Shown here in pieces: positions 38,359 to 48,701 of a DNA stretch of 64,000 bases (position 1 is the stretch's first letter; each line of letters begins with the position of its first letter). Below the pieces are notes generated by a model, which searched no databases, was not told the DNA's origin, and was given only the letters and a program-made list of their open reading frames with translations. Source of the DNA: an uncultured Candidatus Rokubacteria bacterium (GTDB taxonomy: Bacteria > Methylomirabilota > Methylomirabilia > Rokubacteriales > DASRDR01); the NCBI GenBank assembly GCA_963805625.1, contig CAWDVE010000010.1, forward strand, positions 704,001 to 768,000, written 5' to 3'. The translations under genes and the position numbers were made by a program.

Positions 38359-41064
38359 TCAGATCAGCGCGGATTCCAGCACGATCCCCCGGTCCAGTAC
38401 CCGGGCGGCGGCACCGGCTGCACTGGCGACGCCGCCCGGGACCTCCGGTCCCTCCGCGAGTTGACGCAAGAGATCGATCAGCCGTCGCATCGCGCGGATC
38501 AGATCGCCCTCGTGGCCGCCGAACGAGTGGGTGACGATTCGCGCCCAGTCGTCGTCTCCCGACGCCCATCGGAAGACCGCCGCGACGAACCCGCTCTGCA
38601 CGCGCGCTGGCCGATGCAGGCCCACCCGCCGCTGAACAGCCTGGATCGCTTCCGCCGCCTCCTCCATCTGCCGGACCCGGCTCCGGAGCCGCGGCCGCTC
38701 TCGCAGGAGGCGGCGTGAGGGCTCGTCCTCGGCGGATCGCGCGTCCTCGATCAGGCACGAGACGAGCGCGGCGACCTCGGCGGGAGGGGCATCGTCGAAC
38801 ACACCCCGGTGGACGACCTCGGCGATCAGGAGCTCATGGTCGTGCCGGAGGGATGCCACCAGCTCTCCCTTCGGCCTGAGCACGCCCCGCTGGACGGCGT
38901 CGAACGCATCCAGGACCTCGAGAACTCGCCGATACTCCTGCCAGATCGCGTCCCGGATGCTTTCGAGCGCGGTGCGCCGATGTTCCAACCGGCCTCGCTC
39001 CTTCTCGAGTGTCTTCCAGGCGGCTTCGCAGCGCGGTCGCGCCTCCCACGGGCAGGCGTGGCACTCGATCCGCTCGAGGGCGTCCGCGGGGTCTCCGCGG
39101 CGCTCCCCTTGGACGAGCGCGTGGAGGTCGAGTTCGCCCAGGCGCGCGAGGAGCGCGCCACCATCACGCGCGAGCGTCTCCCTCACGTCGCGCCCCCATC
39201 CGTGATGGTGGGCCGCGAGGTTCCGGATGGCTGGCGGCAGCAGAAGCGGCGGAGTCGCCCAGAAGACCCGCTTGACGTTCCCCGCCTTGGTCCGGACGAG
39301 CGAGCCGTGCGGGAGAAGCGTGTCGAGGAGGACGCGGTTGCCTCGCAGCCGGTGCACCCCGACGACCACTCCGAGCCCGCCGCCGTTTCCCCGCTGCCGG
39401 AGCAGGACCACGCGGCCGGGCTCGACGTCGTCGAGCGCCCGGGCCCGGGCCGGCCGCGAGCGCGAGCCCGCCGCCCGCCGGCGCGCGTCCACCTCGGCGC
39501 GCAGCTGCCGGTAGCGCCCGATCCGGTCGAACTCGCCACACGGCGCCTCATACCGCTCGGCCCCGGCCAGCGCCTCTTGCGCCTCGGCCACCTCGCGCTC
39601 CAGGTGGCGGACCTGACGGAGGCTTTGATACTGGCCGAACGAGGATTCGACCACGTGGCGAATCGCCGCCTCGTCCCTAACGTTCTCGACCAGGAGCGCC
39701 ACCGAGCCGAAGCCCAGACGGAACTGGCTCACGATCGGCTCCGGGGCGCCGTCGACCACCGAGAGCGTCTCCTCCAGGCTGTCCCGGGCGTCGAGGGCGA
39801 TCACACACTGGCCCTCGGGATCGATGCCCCGCCGGCCGGCCCGGCCCGCCATCTGGGTGAGCTCGTTCGTCGTCAGCGCCCGGAATCCCCGGTCGGTGCG
39901 CTTTGTGAGCCCCTGGAGCACGACGCTCCGGGCGGGCATGTGAATACCCAGACTCATCGTCTCGGTGGCGAAGACCACCCGCACCAGACCTCGCTCGAAG
40001 AGCACCTCCGTCAGACGCTTCAGGCTCGGCAGGATCCCCGCATGGTGGAGCCCGACGCCCGCCCGGAGCGCCCGGAAGATGGTCTGGTTGAGCGCGGAGG
40101 CGCCCAGCGTGGGGCTCTCCTCGATCGCCTCGGCAATCGCCCGCTCGACCTCACGCCCCTGGGCGCGGGTGAGGAGCGTGCGGCCTTCCTCGAGGACGTC
40201 GTCCATCGCCCGCTCGCACCCGGCGCGGCTGAAGATGAAGTAAATGGCGGGCAGCCAGCCACGCCCCTCCAGCTCCTCGATCATTGCCGGCACTGCGGCC
40301 ACCCGGCGGGCGTAGAAGCGGCCTCGCCCCTCGTCCCGGCCGCCCTCGATCCCGACGATCTTGGCGCGGCCGGCTCGTACGGCCTCCAGCGAATGAATCT
40401 CGGCCGCCAGATCGGCGACGTGGTACCGGAGCGGTACTGGGCGATGCGGGTGGACCACGGCCTGGATGGGCCGGTGGACCAGCCCAATCCAGTCGGCAAT
40501 CTCGCGCACGTTTGCCACGGTGGCCGACAGGGCCACGAGCGTCACGTCCTTGGGCGCGTTGACGATGATCTCCTCCCAGACCGTGCCGCGACCCTCGTCC
40601 CCCATGTAGTGACACTCGTCGAGCACGACGTGGCGGAGCCCCTCCAGGGTCCCCGTGTAGAACATGTTCCGCAGGATCTCGGTCGTCATGACCAGGACAG
40701 GCGCGCGCGAGTTGACCTTGACGTCGCCGGTCAGGATACCCACCTCGGCGACGCCGAACTGGCGGCAGAAATCCGCGTACTTCTGGTTGGAGAGGGCCTT
40801 GAGCGGCGTCGTGTAGGCGACCCGCCGCTTCGCGGCGAGCGCGTCGTGGATCGCGAACTCGGCGACCAGCGTCTTGCCCGCGCCCGTCGGCGCGGACACG
40901 ATCACCGAGGAGCCCTCGAGAATGGCGAGGATCGCCACAATCTGGAAGTCGTCGAGGGGAAAGGCGTACCGGCGGGCGAACGCCCGGAACAGGTCGACAG
41001 CGTCCTCGGAGATACGACCGGCGTCGAGGGCGGTCTGGATCGCAGCGGGGGGTTGGTAGGGCAA
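38359..41064 (-). CDS. Ski2-like DEAD/DEAH-box RNA helicase (HelY-type)
   Basis: APTGAGKT, TPLKALSNQKY, DECH, LSAT, QMAGRAGRRG, C-terminal EGDLIR. Start is TTG 41064 (SD GGAGGGG) or ATG 41091. Confidence 0.92.
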   Translation of the reverse strand: MPYQPPAAIQTALDAGRISEDAVDLFRAFARRYAFPLDDFQIVAILAILEGSSVIVSAPTGAGKTLVAEFAIHDALAAKRRVAYTTPLKALSNQKYADFCRQFGVAEVGILTGDVKVNSRAPVLVMTTEILRNMFYTGTLEGLRHVVLDECHYMGDEGRGTVWEEIIVNAPKDVTLVALSATVANVREIADWIGLVHRPIQAVVHPHRPVPLRYHVADLAAEIHSLEAVRAGRAKIVGIEGGRDEGRGRFYARRVAAVPAMIEELEGRGWLPAIYFIFSRAGCERAMDDVLEEGRTLLTRAQGREVERAIAEAIEESPTLGASALNQTIFRALRAGVGLHHAGILPSLKRLTEVLFERGLVRVVFATETMSLGIHMPARSVVLQGLTKRTDRGFRALTTNELTQMAGRAGRRGIDPEGQCVIALDARDSLEETLSVVDGAPEPIVSQFRLGFGSVALLVENVRDEAAIRHVVESSFGQYQSLRQVRHLEREVAEAQEALAGAERYEAPCGEFDRIGRYRQLRAEVDARRRAAGSRSRPARARALDDVEPGRVVLLRQRGNGGGLGVVVGVHRLRGNRVLLDTLLPHGSLVRTKAGNVKRVFWATPPLLLPPAIRNLAAHHHGWGRDVRETLARDGGALLARLGELDLHALVQGERRGDPADALERIECHACPWEARPRCEAAWKTLEKERGRLEHRRTALESIRDAIWQEYRRVLEVLDAFDAVQRGVLRPKGELVASLRHDHELLIAEVVHRGVFDDAPPAEVAALVSCLIEDARSAEDEPSRRLLRERPRLRSRVRQMEEAAEAIQAVQRRVGLHRPARVQSGFVAAVFRWASGDDDWARIVTHSFGGHEGDLIRAMRRLIDLLRQLAEGPEVPGGVASAAGAAARVLDRGIVLESALI

Positions 41065-41107
41065 CGGGTGGGCTCCCCTCCCGTGACGCATTGTACACTG
41101 AGGCGTG

Positions 41108-41539
41108 ATGCACGCGGTTCGTGCGCTCATGCGCTCGGTCGTCCCGATGCTCGCGCTCGCCCTCGTCGTCGACGCCCTGCCCGCGGAGGCGACCCACCTG
41201 CCCGACCACCGCTTCCTGGTGCTCGGCTTCGTCACCGACGGGGAGGGCCGGCCAGTCGCCGGGGCTCGCGTAGTCGTGACCCGGCTCAAGACCGGCCTTG
41301 AGTATCCAACGACCACCGAGCGGGACGGCTTCTTCCTCGTCGTCCTCCATCTTCACGACGAGAACCAGGGTGAGCCGCTGGGACTGGACGCGAAGGGTGT
41401 GAAGGGAGAGGTGCGCGCTCGGTTCGACCCGCACGATAAGAAGGTCGAGCGAGGCACGCGCGTGGACGTGCGCGCCAACCGCCTGGTGGAGAACCGTTCG
41501 GCCTTCGCGGAGACGCTCCGATCCTACCTGAGCCGCTAG
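41108..41539 (+). CDS. Exported protein with a carboxypeptidase-regulatory-like beta domain
   Basis: Signal peptide ending AEA; GFVTDGEGRPVAGARVVV...TTERDGFF. Confidence 0.75.
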   Translation: MHAVRALMRSVVPMLALALVVDALPAEATHLPDHRFLVLGFVTDGEGRPVAGARVVVTRLKTGLEYPTTTERDGFFLVVLHLHDENQGEPLGLDAKGVKGEVRARFDPHDKKVERGTRVDVRANRLVENRSAFAETLRSYLSR

Positions 41540-41629
41540 CGCAAAGGCGCCGCGCCTGATTCCTTGACAGCCCCGCAGGGCCGAAGATGTAATACGCGCG
41601 TGGGCCAAGCTCGAGGGCGAGGAGGTGTC

Positions 41630-41878
41630 ATGATGAAGGCGTACGTGCTCGTCGAGACCAATGCGGGGAAGACCAAGGCCGTCAAGAAGTCGCTCGGAAA
41701 GCTCAAGCCCGGCAAGTGCCGGATCGACTCCCTCGACGCGGTGACGGGGCCGTTCGACTACATCGCGGTGGTCCAGGGTCCGACGCTCGACGATATCGGG
41801 CAGCTCGTGACGGAGGGGATCGGAGCCATCGAGGGCGTCACGCGCACGACAACCTGTCTCGCGGTATCGATCGGATGA
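41630..41878 (+). CDS. Stand-alone Lrp/AsnC ligand-binding (RAM) domain protein
   Basis: KAYVLVE, AVTGPFDYIA, IEGVTRTTTC; GGAGGT SD. Confidence 0.88.
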   Translation: MMKAYVLVETNAGKTKAVKKSLGKLKPGKCRIDSLDAVTGPFDYIAVVQGPTLDDIGQLVTEGIGAIEGVTRTTTCLAVSIG

Positions 41879-42288
41879 GGAGGGGCGGGCGCCTCCTGAT
41901 CGGCCTCCTGGCAGGGCTCGCTGCCCTCGCCGGCCCCGGCGCGAGGGCGCAGGCCCCTCAGGCCCCGCGCCCACAGTATCTCCCGTTCGCGGAGTTCGCG
42001 GCCGAGGACTCCGCCCCACAAGTCTCCGCCAAGCAGGCGTACAACGACATCATCGGCCGTTACAACAAGGCGCTGTACGACTATCACGTGACGCTCAGCC
42101 AGCACGACCAACTGGTCGACGCCGGCAATCGCGCCGGAACGCCCGCGGAGCAGGAGAAGGCGCGCGCCGAGGCCGCCCCCCTCCGGGCAAAGCTCCAAAC
42201 CCTCCGCCGCGACGTCATGGCGCTGGCTGCGTCCGTCGACCAGGCGCGTCGGGCGGCCAGTCAGGCAGGGGTCACCCTCACCCGCTGA
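41875..42288 (+). CDS. Exported helical hypothetical protein
   Basis: ATGA overlap; signal peptide MRRGGRLLIGLLAGLAALAGPGARA. Confidence 0.7.
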   Translation: MRRGGRLLIGLLAGLAALAGPGARAQAPQAPRPQYLPFAEFAAEDSAPQVSAKQAYNDIIGRYNKALYDYHVTLSQHDQLVDAGNRAGTPAEQEKARAEAAPLRAKLQTLRRDVMALAASVDQARRAASQAGVTLTR

Positions 42289-42415
42289 TACGGCGCCGTC
42301 CGGAGTGCTCTGGCTCCGCCGCGACCCCGCCGAATCCGGCCGGAAACGGGCGGTTGGCCGTTTCGTGACACTTTCTGCGTGGTTAGCCACGTCCCCCGTG
42401 CTATCATTCGTTTCA

Positions 42416-43366
42416 ATGCCTCCGAAGGGTCCGGTCTCTGTCCTGGTCTACCACCCGGACGAGGCCCAAGCCTATGCGCGGCTGGTCCGGGCCCCGCGCG
42501 GGCAGGTTCGACTGAGAGTCGCTGCGACCCCGGAGACGGCGCTGCCCTTCGTGGAGGAGATGGACGTCCTCTACACGTGGGGCTTTCCGGCCGAGCTCCT
42601 CCCCATGGCCCGGCGTCTCCGGTGGGTCCAGGTCATGGGAGCAGGGGTCAACGCCTTCCTTGACGTTCCCTTCCCTCCCAAGGTGGTCCTCACCCGCGTC
42701 GAGGGGGTCTTTGGGCCCTGGATGGCGGAGTACGTCTTCGGCTGGCTCCTCTGGGCCTCCCAGCGAACCGAGGTCCTGCGGGCAGGTCAGCGCTTGCGCC
42801 GGTGGGAGCCGATCAACCCCGTCCTGCTGCGTGGCAAGACTCTGGGCATCGTGGGGGTGGGATCCATCGGGCGGGTGATCGCGTCCATCGGGCACGCGTT
42901 CCAGATGCGTGTCCTCGGCCTATCCCGCACCGGCCGCCGGGTCCCGGAGTGCGACCGCGTTTACCGTCGCCCGGCTTTCCACGAGTTCCTGGCGGCGAGC
43001 GACTACGTGGTCCTGGTTGCGCCGCTCACTCCCGAGACCCGGGGAATGCTGGGCGAGCCCGAGCTCCACGCGATGCGGCCGGAGTCCTGGCTCGTGAACC
43101 TCGGCCGCGGCTCGCTCATCCAGGAGCCGGCCCTCGTCCGGGCCCTCCAGGAGCGCTGGATCGCCGGCGCCGTCCTGGACGTCTTCTCGGAGGAGCCGCT
43201 GCCGACGGAGCACCCATTCTGGGGGATGCCCAATGTGGTGGTGACGCCGCACATCTCGGGTCCGAGCCTCCCCGAGGAGATCGCCCCGATCTTCAACGAG
43301 AACCTGCGGCGCTTCCTCAGCGGCCGGCCGCTGCGGGCCCGCGTGGACATCCGCAGAGGGTACTGA
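42416..43366 (+). CDS. D-2-hydroxyacid dehydrogenase family protein
   Basis: GIVGVGSIG, VNLGRG, LDVFSEEPL, TPHISG. Confidence 0.93.
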   Translation: MPPKGPVSVLVYHPDEAQAYARLVRAPRGQVRLRVAATPETALPFVEEMDVLYTWGFPAELLPMARRLRWVQVMGAGVNAFLDVPFPPKVVLTRVEGVFGPWMAEYVFGWLLWASQRTEVLRAGQRLRRWEPINPVLLRGKTLGIVGVGSIGRVIASIGHAFQMRVLGLSRTGRRVPECDRVYRRPAFHEFLAASDYVVLVAPLTPETRGMLGEPELHAMRPESWLVNLGRGSLIQEPALVRALQERWIAGAVLDVFSEEPLPTEHPFWGMPNVVVTPHISGPSLPEEIAPIFNENLRRFLSGRPLRARVDIRRGY

Positions 43367-43394
43367 CCGCGGGGGCCCCGAGGGGCCCCCGCGG
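43367..43394. terminator. Hairpin between convergent genes
   Basis: ccgcgggggcccc-ga-ggggcccccgcgg, a perfect inverted repeat. Confidence 0.7.
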
Positions 43395-43399
43395 CCGCA

Positions 43400-43924
43400 T
43401 CACCGCTTCGCGAGCGCCTTCACGATCTCCCGGCAGAACGCCGGCAGGTCGTCGGGCTTCCGCGACGTGATCAGGTTTCCGTCCACGACGACCTCCTGGT
43501 CGACCCAGGTGGCCCCGGCGTTCACCAGATCGTCCCTGATCGAGAAGAAGCTCGTCGCGCGCTTCCCCTTGAGGATGCCCGCCGACACCGGCACCCAGCC
43601 TGCGTGGCAGATCGCCGCCACGACCTTGCCCTCGCCGAAGGCGTCCCGCACCAGCTTCACCATGGCGGGCGACCGTCGCATGAGGTCCGGCGCGAAGCCG
43701 CCCGGAATCACCACCGCGTCGTACTCGACGGCGTTCGCCTGCTCGGCCTGAACGTCCACGCTGACGGGGTAGCCGTGCTTCGAGGCGTAGCCCTTGGCAC
43801 CGCCGCTCCCCACGATGTGGACGTCGGCTCCCTCTTCCTTCAACCGGTAGTAGGGAACCCAGAGCTCCATCTCCTGGTAGAGGTTCTCGGCCAGGATCGC
43901 CACCCGCTTACCCGTGAGCTGCAT
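43400..43924 (-). CDS. PfpI/DJ-1 family protein (type 1 glutamine amidotransferase-like)
   Basis: YQEMEL, IPGGFAPD, AAICHAG, TSRKPDDLPAF. Confidence 0.93.
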   Translation of the reverse strand: MQLTGKRVAILAENLYQEMELWVPYYRLKEEGADVHIVGSGGAKGYASKHGYPVSVDVQAEQANAVEYDAVVIPGGFAPDLMRRSPAMVKLVRDAFGEGKVVAAICHAGWVPVSAGILKGKRATSFFSIRDDLVNAGATWVDQEVVVDGNLITSRKPDDLPAFCREIVKALAKR

Positions 43925-44044
43925 CGCTTCCCCCTCGTCGGGCGGGCCGAAGCCCGCGCATTTGCCTTCGTCCGGAAGGATACACGCAAGTCGGATTCAA
44001 CGCCCACGGGGACGACGAAGGGGCCGAACCGACGCGGACGGAGG

Positions 44045-44446
44045 TCAGCGGGACTGGACTACGCCCAGGGCCTTGGCCACGACCGCCTCGAGGCGCTCAG
44101 GGTCCGCCGGCTTCTGCGCGTAGTGAAGGATGCCGATCTGGCGGGCACGAACCTCGAACTCCGGCCGGTAGTCACCGGAGGTCATAAGGACGTGCACCCG
44201 GGGATCGATATCTTTGAGCCGGGACACGAGGGCGTGCCCCGACATGTCCCGCAGGATCACGTCGACGATCGCAGCGCGGAGGCGGCCCGCGTGAGCCAGA
44301 TCGAGCGCATCCTGCCCCAGCGCGGTGTGCGTGGAGCGGAACCCTCGCTGGGTGAAGTGGTCGGCTAGCGCCCGCCCTGCCTCATCGTCCGTGTCGACCA
44401 CGAGGAGAAGCGCATCATCCCGCCCTGCCCTTAGCGCGTAGGCCAT
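44045..44446 (-). CDS. Stand-alone response regulator receiver protein
   Basis: LVVDTD, AIVDVILRDMSG, LMTS, QKP. Confidence 0.82.
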   Translation of the reverse strand: MAYALRAGRDDALLLVVDTDDEAGRALADHFTQRGFRSTHTALGQDALDLAHAGRLRAAIVDVILRDMSGHALVSRLKDIDPRVHVLMTSGDYRPEFEVRARQIGILHYAQKPADPERLEAVVAKALGVVQSR

Positions 44447-44459
44447 GCGGGATGGTCGA

Positions 44460-44475
44460 TGCAAGGGCGGTGCCA
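44460..44475 (-). promoter_or_regulatory. Sigma54 -24/-12 promoter of the receiver gene
   Basis: Minus strand TGGCAC-cgccc-TTGCA, a full consensus match. Confidence 0.78.
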
Positions 44476-44607
44476 CGGGGACTGACGGCCGCCGGCCTGG
44501 CGAAACACCGATTCAATAGGGCACTCCCGGACATACGAGACACGGCTGCCAATAGATTCCGGCGCGGAGTCAATCCGGCGCTCCCTCGACTGCCCCCTCG
44601 GCACGCT

Positions 44608-44630
44608 TGTCCTGTCACTTTGGCAGGACA
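44608..44630. promoter_or_regulatory. Dyad, possible enhancer site or terminator
   Basis: tgtcctgtca-ctt-tggcaggaca, about 135 bp upstream of the sigma54 promoter and just after the activator stop codon. Confidence 0.5.
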
Positions 44631-44635
44631 TGGCG

Positions 44636-46024
44636 TCAGTTGATCCCGTACTCCTTCAGACGTCGATAGAGCGTGCGACTCGAGAGCCCGAGAGCGCGCG
44701 CCGCTTTGGCACGGTCGTTACCGTGAATGTCGAGCGCCCGCAGGATGAGATCGCGCTCGGCCTGAGCGAGCGTCGGCACCACGCCGCCGGATGTAACCAG
44801 CGTCGGCGGTACCGCAGCCGCCACCGCCGCCGCCGGCTCGGCCGGACGTGCCCCGCCTAGCGCAGGCAGGTCCACGAGCCGGATCTGATCGCGGGCGCCG
44901 AGAGCGTACGCGCGCTCGATCAGGTTCTCCAGCTCCCGCACGTTGCCGGGGAACTCGTACGCGAGCAGTGCCGCCATGGCGTCCGGGGCGATGCCCTTGA
45001 TCTCGCGGCCGAAGCGCTGGTTGAACTGGCGGACGAACGCGGTGACGAGCGCCGGAACGTCCGGCTTCCGGTCACGCAGGGCGGGAACGTGCATCCGGAC
45101 GACGTTCAGACGGTAGAACAGGTCCTGCCGGAGACTCCCGTCCTTGATCGCGCTCTCGAGGTTCTTGTTCGTCGCGGCGATGACCCGAGTGTCCACGGAG
45201 TAGCTTCGCGCCGACCCCACCGGGCGCACGTCCTTCTCCTGAAGGACGCGCAGCAGCTTGACCTGGAGCGTGGGCGGAAGCTCCGCCACCTCGTCGAGGA
45301 AGATCGTCCCGCCATGGGCGGAGCGGAACAGGCCGAGCGTGTCGGCCACCGCTCCCGAGAACGCCCCGCGCATGTGGCCGAAGAACTCGGACTCCAGGAG
45401 CTCGGACGGCACCGCCCCACAGTTCACTGTGATGAAGGGCCCGCTGGCTCGCGCGGAAAGCCGGTGAATCGCCGCCGCCACCAGCTCCTTCCCGGTACCG
45501 CTCTCGCCCTCGATCAGCACCGGCGAGTCCGCCGGCGCCACGCGGACGATCATCCCCTTCAGCGCTTCCATCGCTGGCGAGACGCTGACCAGCTCGCTCA
45601 TGCGGAGCTGCTCGCCCAGACGGCTCCGTAGCGCGTTGACCTCCTGGCGAAGCAGGCGCCGCTCCAGGATGTGGTCCAGGAGGTGGCGGAGCTCCTCGAG
45701 GACCAGGGGCTTCGTGAGGTAGTCGTACGCGCCCAACTTCAGCGTCTCCACCGCAGTCGCCACGGTGGGATCGCCCGTCATCATGAGCACCTCGATCGAC
45801 GGATCGTGCCGCTTGAGGTGCCGGAGGAGCTCCACGCCATCCATCTCCGGCAAGTGGATGTCCACGATAGCGACCTCGAAGAGCTGGGTCTCGAGCAGCT
45901 CGACGGCCCGGGCGCCGGACGGCACGATCACGGCCTGGTAGCCCCACCCGCGAAGCACCTCAGCGAGGAGTTCGCGAAGTGTGTCGTCGTCCTCCACCAC
46001 CAGGATGTGGAGACGCTTTATCAC
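44636..46024 (-). CDS. Sigma54-dependent response regulator (AtoC/ZraR-like)
   Basis: Receiver domain, [34 protein letters not shown]. Confidence 0.94.
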   Translation of the reverse strand: MIKRLHILVVEDDDTLRELLAEVLRGWGYQAVIVPSGARAVELLETQLFEVAIVDIHLPEMDGVELLRHLKRHDPSIEVLMMTGDPTVATAVETLKLGAYDYLTKPLVLEELRHLLDHILERRLLRQEVNALRSRLGEQLRMSELVSVSPAMEALKGMIVRVAPADSPVLIEGESGTGKELVAAAIHRLSARASGPFITVNCGAVPSELLESEFFGHMRGAFSGAVADTLGLFRSAHGGTIFLDEVAELPPTLQVKLLRVLQEKDVRPVGSARSYSVDTRVIAATNKNLESAIKDGSLRQDLFYRLNVVRMHVPALRDRKPDVPALVTAFVRQFNQRFGREIKGIAPDAMAALLAYEFPGNVRELENLIERAYALGARDQIRLVDLPALGGARPAEPAAAVAAAVPPTLVTSGGVVPTLAQAERDLILRALDIHGNDRAKAARALGLSSRTLYRRLKEYGIN

Positions 46025-46758
46025 CGGCTCACCGGCTGCGCAGGCGGCAGGGTGAGAACGAGGGACGCGCCCTCGCGCTCGACGCGGAGCCTGACCGTGT
46101 CGCGAAGGTAGAGATCTTGAACCCGCGCGCGAAACTCCTCGACCGTCTGGACCGCGGCGTCGTTGACGGTCAGGATCCGGTCACCCGCGCGAAGTCCTCC
46201 CTGCGCGGCCGAGCTCCGCTCGGCGACGCCCGCCACCACGGGAACTCGAGCCTCCGGGACACCTGCGGTCCGCTCCTCCGTCGCGTCCCGGACGTAGAAC
46301 CCGAACTCGAACGCGACCCGATCGGCAACGACCTCCGCGGGCATGCGTCCAACCCGAACCCGGACTTCCTGGCGGTCCCGCTCGCGGAGCACGATGAGGC
46401 CGAGCTCGCGGCCCGCCGGCGTGGCGCCAACCAGACGCTGGAGGGCTCGCGTCTCCACGATGGGCCGCCCGTCGATGGCAACGACCAGGTCGCCCTCGCG
46501 CAGGCCCGAGGATGCCGCCGGAGTCTCCTTCATGACCTGGGCGATCAGCACGCCGTAGCCCTCGCGAACCCCGACCTTCTTCGCGATCTCCTCCATCTCC
46601 TGCTCGGTGAGGTCCCGGATTCGAACGCCGAGCCACCCCCACTGCTCTCCCGCAGCCACGCCGCTCGAGAGAAACGTGAGCGCGAGCACCGAGACCACCG
46701 CGATCCGGCTCGCTGCCTGCCAGCGCCCACGGCCGGCGCATCCCGGCTCAGGCGTCAT
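46021..46758 (-). CDS. Exported tandem-PDZ protein with no protease domain
   Basis: Signal/TM segment, then [37 protein letters not shown]. Confidence 0.85.
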   Translation of the reverse strand: MTPEPGCAGRGRWQAASRIAVVSVLALTFLSSGVAAGEQWGWLGVRIRDLTEQEMEEIAKKVGVREGYGVLIAQVMKETPAASSGLREGDLVVAIDGRPIVETRALQRLVGATPAGRELGLIVLRERDRQEVRVRVGRMPAEVVADRVAFEFGFYVRDATEERTAGVPEARVPVVAGVAERSSAAQGGLRAGDRILTVNDAAVQTVEEFRARVQDLYLRDTVRLRVEREGASLVLTLPPAQPVSR

Positions 46759-47419
46759 CGGACTCCTCCTCTTCCTCCTCACCTTCCCGGCCGGCCACCA
46801 TGGTCAGGAGCTCTCCGAGCGCACCCGCCGCGAGATCCAGGCGCTCGCTCACGTCGACCGCCTCGAGCAGTCGCTGCCGGACCTCCGCGTCCGGCACCAC
46901 CGCCGAGACGATGCGATCGATCGCGGCGCCGGGGGACGCCCCCGCAACCGTGAGGCGACCCACGACGTCGGGATGAGACTGACCGAGAGCCATCAGGAGC
47001 CGCGCATGGGCCGTCCGGAGCTCTTGCAGGCGTCCCGCGAAGGTACGGTCGTTCGGGCTCGGCCCGCGATTCTCGATCCGCTCCGCTCGGGCCACGCGGT
47101 AGAGACGCCCGTCCAGCGGCTCCTCCTCCAGGATCCGGACCCGCGCGCGACCGTCGAGCAGGATGTTGTAGCGCCCGTCGGCCAACATCTCGGCCTGGAT
47201 GATCTCCCCCGCCCCGGCGACGCCGTGCACCGGCGGACAACCCTGGTAGTCCTTCTCCCACCCGGCACGCAGCATGACCACGCCCAGCCATCGATCCCCC
47301 GCCAGGCAATCCGCCACCATCTGGCGGTAGCGGGGCTCGAACACGTGGAGCGGGAGGACGGTCTCCGGGAAGAACACGACCTCGGGCAACGGGAAGATGG
47401 GGATGCGGAGCTCGTGCAC
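46748..47419 (-). CDS. Lon protease N-terminal substrate-binding domain protein
   Basis: IPIFPLPEVVFFP, PLHVFEPRYRQMV, DGRYNI. Confidence 0.92.
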   Translation of the reverse strand: MHELRIPIFPLPEVVFFPETVLPLHVFEPRYRQMVADCLAGDRWLGVVMLRAGWEKDYQGCPPVHGVAGAGEIIQAEMLADGRYNILLDGRARVRILEEEPLDGRLYRVARAERIENRGPSPNDRTFAGRLQELRTAHARLLMALGQSHPDVVGRLTVAGASPGAAIDRIVSAVVPDAEVRQRLLEAVDVSERLDLAAGALGELLTMVAGREGEEEEEESDDA

Positions 47420-47483
47420 CGATCACCGGCCTACGTCGGACGGGCCCGGCTCGGAAGATTCCTCCGCTCCGCGGGTCCCTGCA

Positions 47484-48614
47484 TCAGCTGATGAGCGGCA
47501 GCCTCGGCGCCGCGGCCTCGGTAAGGCGGCTCCGGACACCTGCCGCCACCCGCCGGAAGGCGTCCGCCTGGGGGGATGATGGGCGCGCGACGACGATCGG
47601 TTCGCCCGTGTCACCGCCGATGCGTGTCTCGGGGTCGATCGGGATGGAGCCCAGGACCGGCACGTCGAACTCCCGCGCGAGCTTCTCTCCGCCGCCCTCA
47701 CCGAAGATCGCCGTGGCGTGACCGCAGTGGGGGCACGCGAACCCCGCCATGTTCTCGACGATGCCGAGGATGGGCACGTTCATCTTCCGGAACATCTGTA
47801 GGCCCTTCCGGACGTCCAGCAGCGACACTTCCTGGGGTGTCGTGACCATGATCGCGCCCGACAGGGGAAGCGTCTGGGAGAGCGAGAGCTGAGCGTCACC
47901 GGTCCCGGGTGGCATGTCGAAGACCAGGTAGTCGAGCGGACCCCACTCGACGTCCTTCAGGAACTGCTGGACCGCCGAGTGAATCATCGGCCCCCGCCAG
48001 ATCACGGGGTCCCCCTCCTTCACGAAGAATCCGATCGACATGACCTTCACGCCGTAGGCCTGGACGGGCACGATGCGGTTCGCCACCATCGCCGGGCGCC
48101 CGCGAGCCCCGATCATCAGCGGGACGTTGGGGCCGTAGACGTCCACGTCCACGATGCCGACCTCCGCGCCTTCACCACGGAGTGCCAGCGCCAGGTTGAC
48201 GGCCACGGTGGACTTGCCGACACCACCCTTGCCGGAGGACACGGCGATGGTGTGCTTGACCTCGGGGATCAGCTCCTCCGCCGTGGGCGCCGCCGGGCGC
48301 GCGGGGCCGTGACCGTGCCCCGCCCCGTGGCCCCCGGGGGCGCGCGAGGCGATGCCCGCCTTGACCTCGGACACGCCGGGAAGCGCCTGCACAGCCTTGC
48401 GAGCCCGGCTGTGGATCTCGGCGCGGGCGAGCGGCGGCTGCTCGCCGGTGAACTGGAGCGTGAAGGAGACCTGACCGGCCTCGACCGTCAGCCCGTCGAC
48501 GAGCCCGAGGGTCACGATGTCCTTGCCGACGTTCGGATCGAGCACGCCGCGGAGCACCGCCAGCACGGCATCCTTCGTGAGCCCGGTCGCCTTGCCCCCG
48601 CCGAAAAGACCCAT
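47484..48614 (-). CDS. mrp: Mrp/NBP35 (ApbC) Fe-S cluster carrier ATPase
   Basis: N-terminal DUF59-like domain, SGKGGVGKST, WRGPM, DMPPGTGD, ENM..FACPHC. Confidence 0.93.
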   Translation of the reverse strand: MGLFGGGKATGLTKDAVLAVLRGVLDPNVGKDIVTLGLVDGLTVEAGQVSFTLQFTGEQPPLARAEIHSRARKAVQALPGVSEVKAGIASRAPGGHGAGHGHGPARPAAPTAEELIPEVKHTIAVSSGKGGVGKSTVAVNLALALRGEGAEVGIVDVDVYGPNVPLMIGARGRPAMVANRIVPVQAYGVKVMSIGFFVKEGDPVIWRGPMIHSAVQQFLKDVEWGPLDYLVFDMPPGTGDAQLSLSQTLPLSGAIMVTTPQEVSLLDVRKGLQMFRKMNVPILGIVENMAGFACPHCGHATAIFGEGGGEKLAREFDVPVLGSIPIDPETRIGGDTGEPIVVARPSSPQADAFRRVAAGVRSRLTEAAAPRLPLIS

Positions 48615-48622
48615 CGCGCCTC

Positions 48623-48651
48623 ACTATACGGAAGGGGTCAGAGGGGGTCAA
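48623..48651 (-). promoter_or_regulatory. Sigma70 promoter of mrp (leaderless-type spacing)
   Basis: Minus strand TTGACC, 17 bp, TATAGT, 8 nt, ATG. Confidence 0.65.
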
Positions 48652-48701
48652 GCAACGCAGCCCCGGACGGCGGGCTCATCGCTCGATTGTCTTGGCCAGA
48701 A

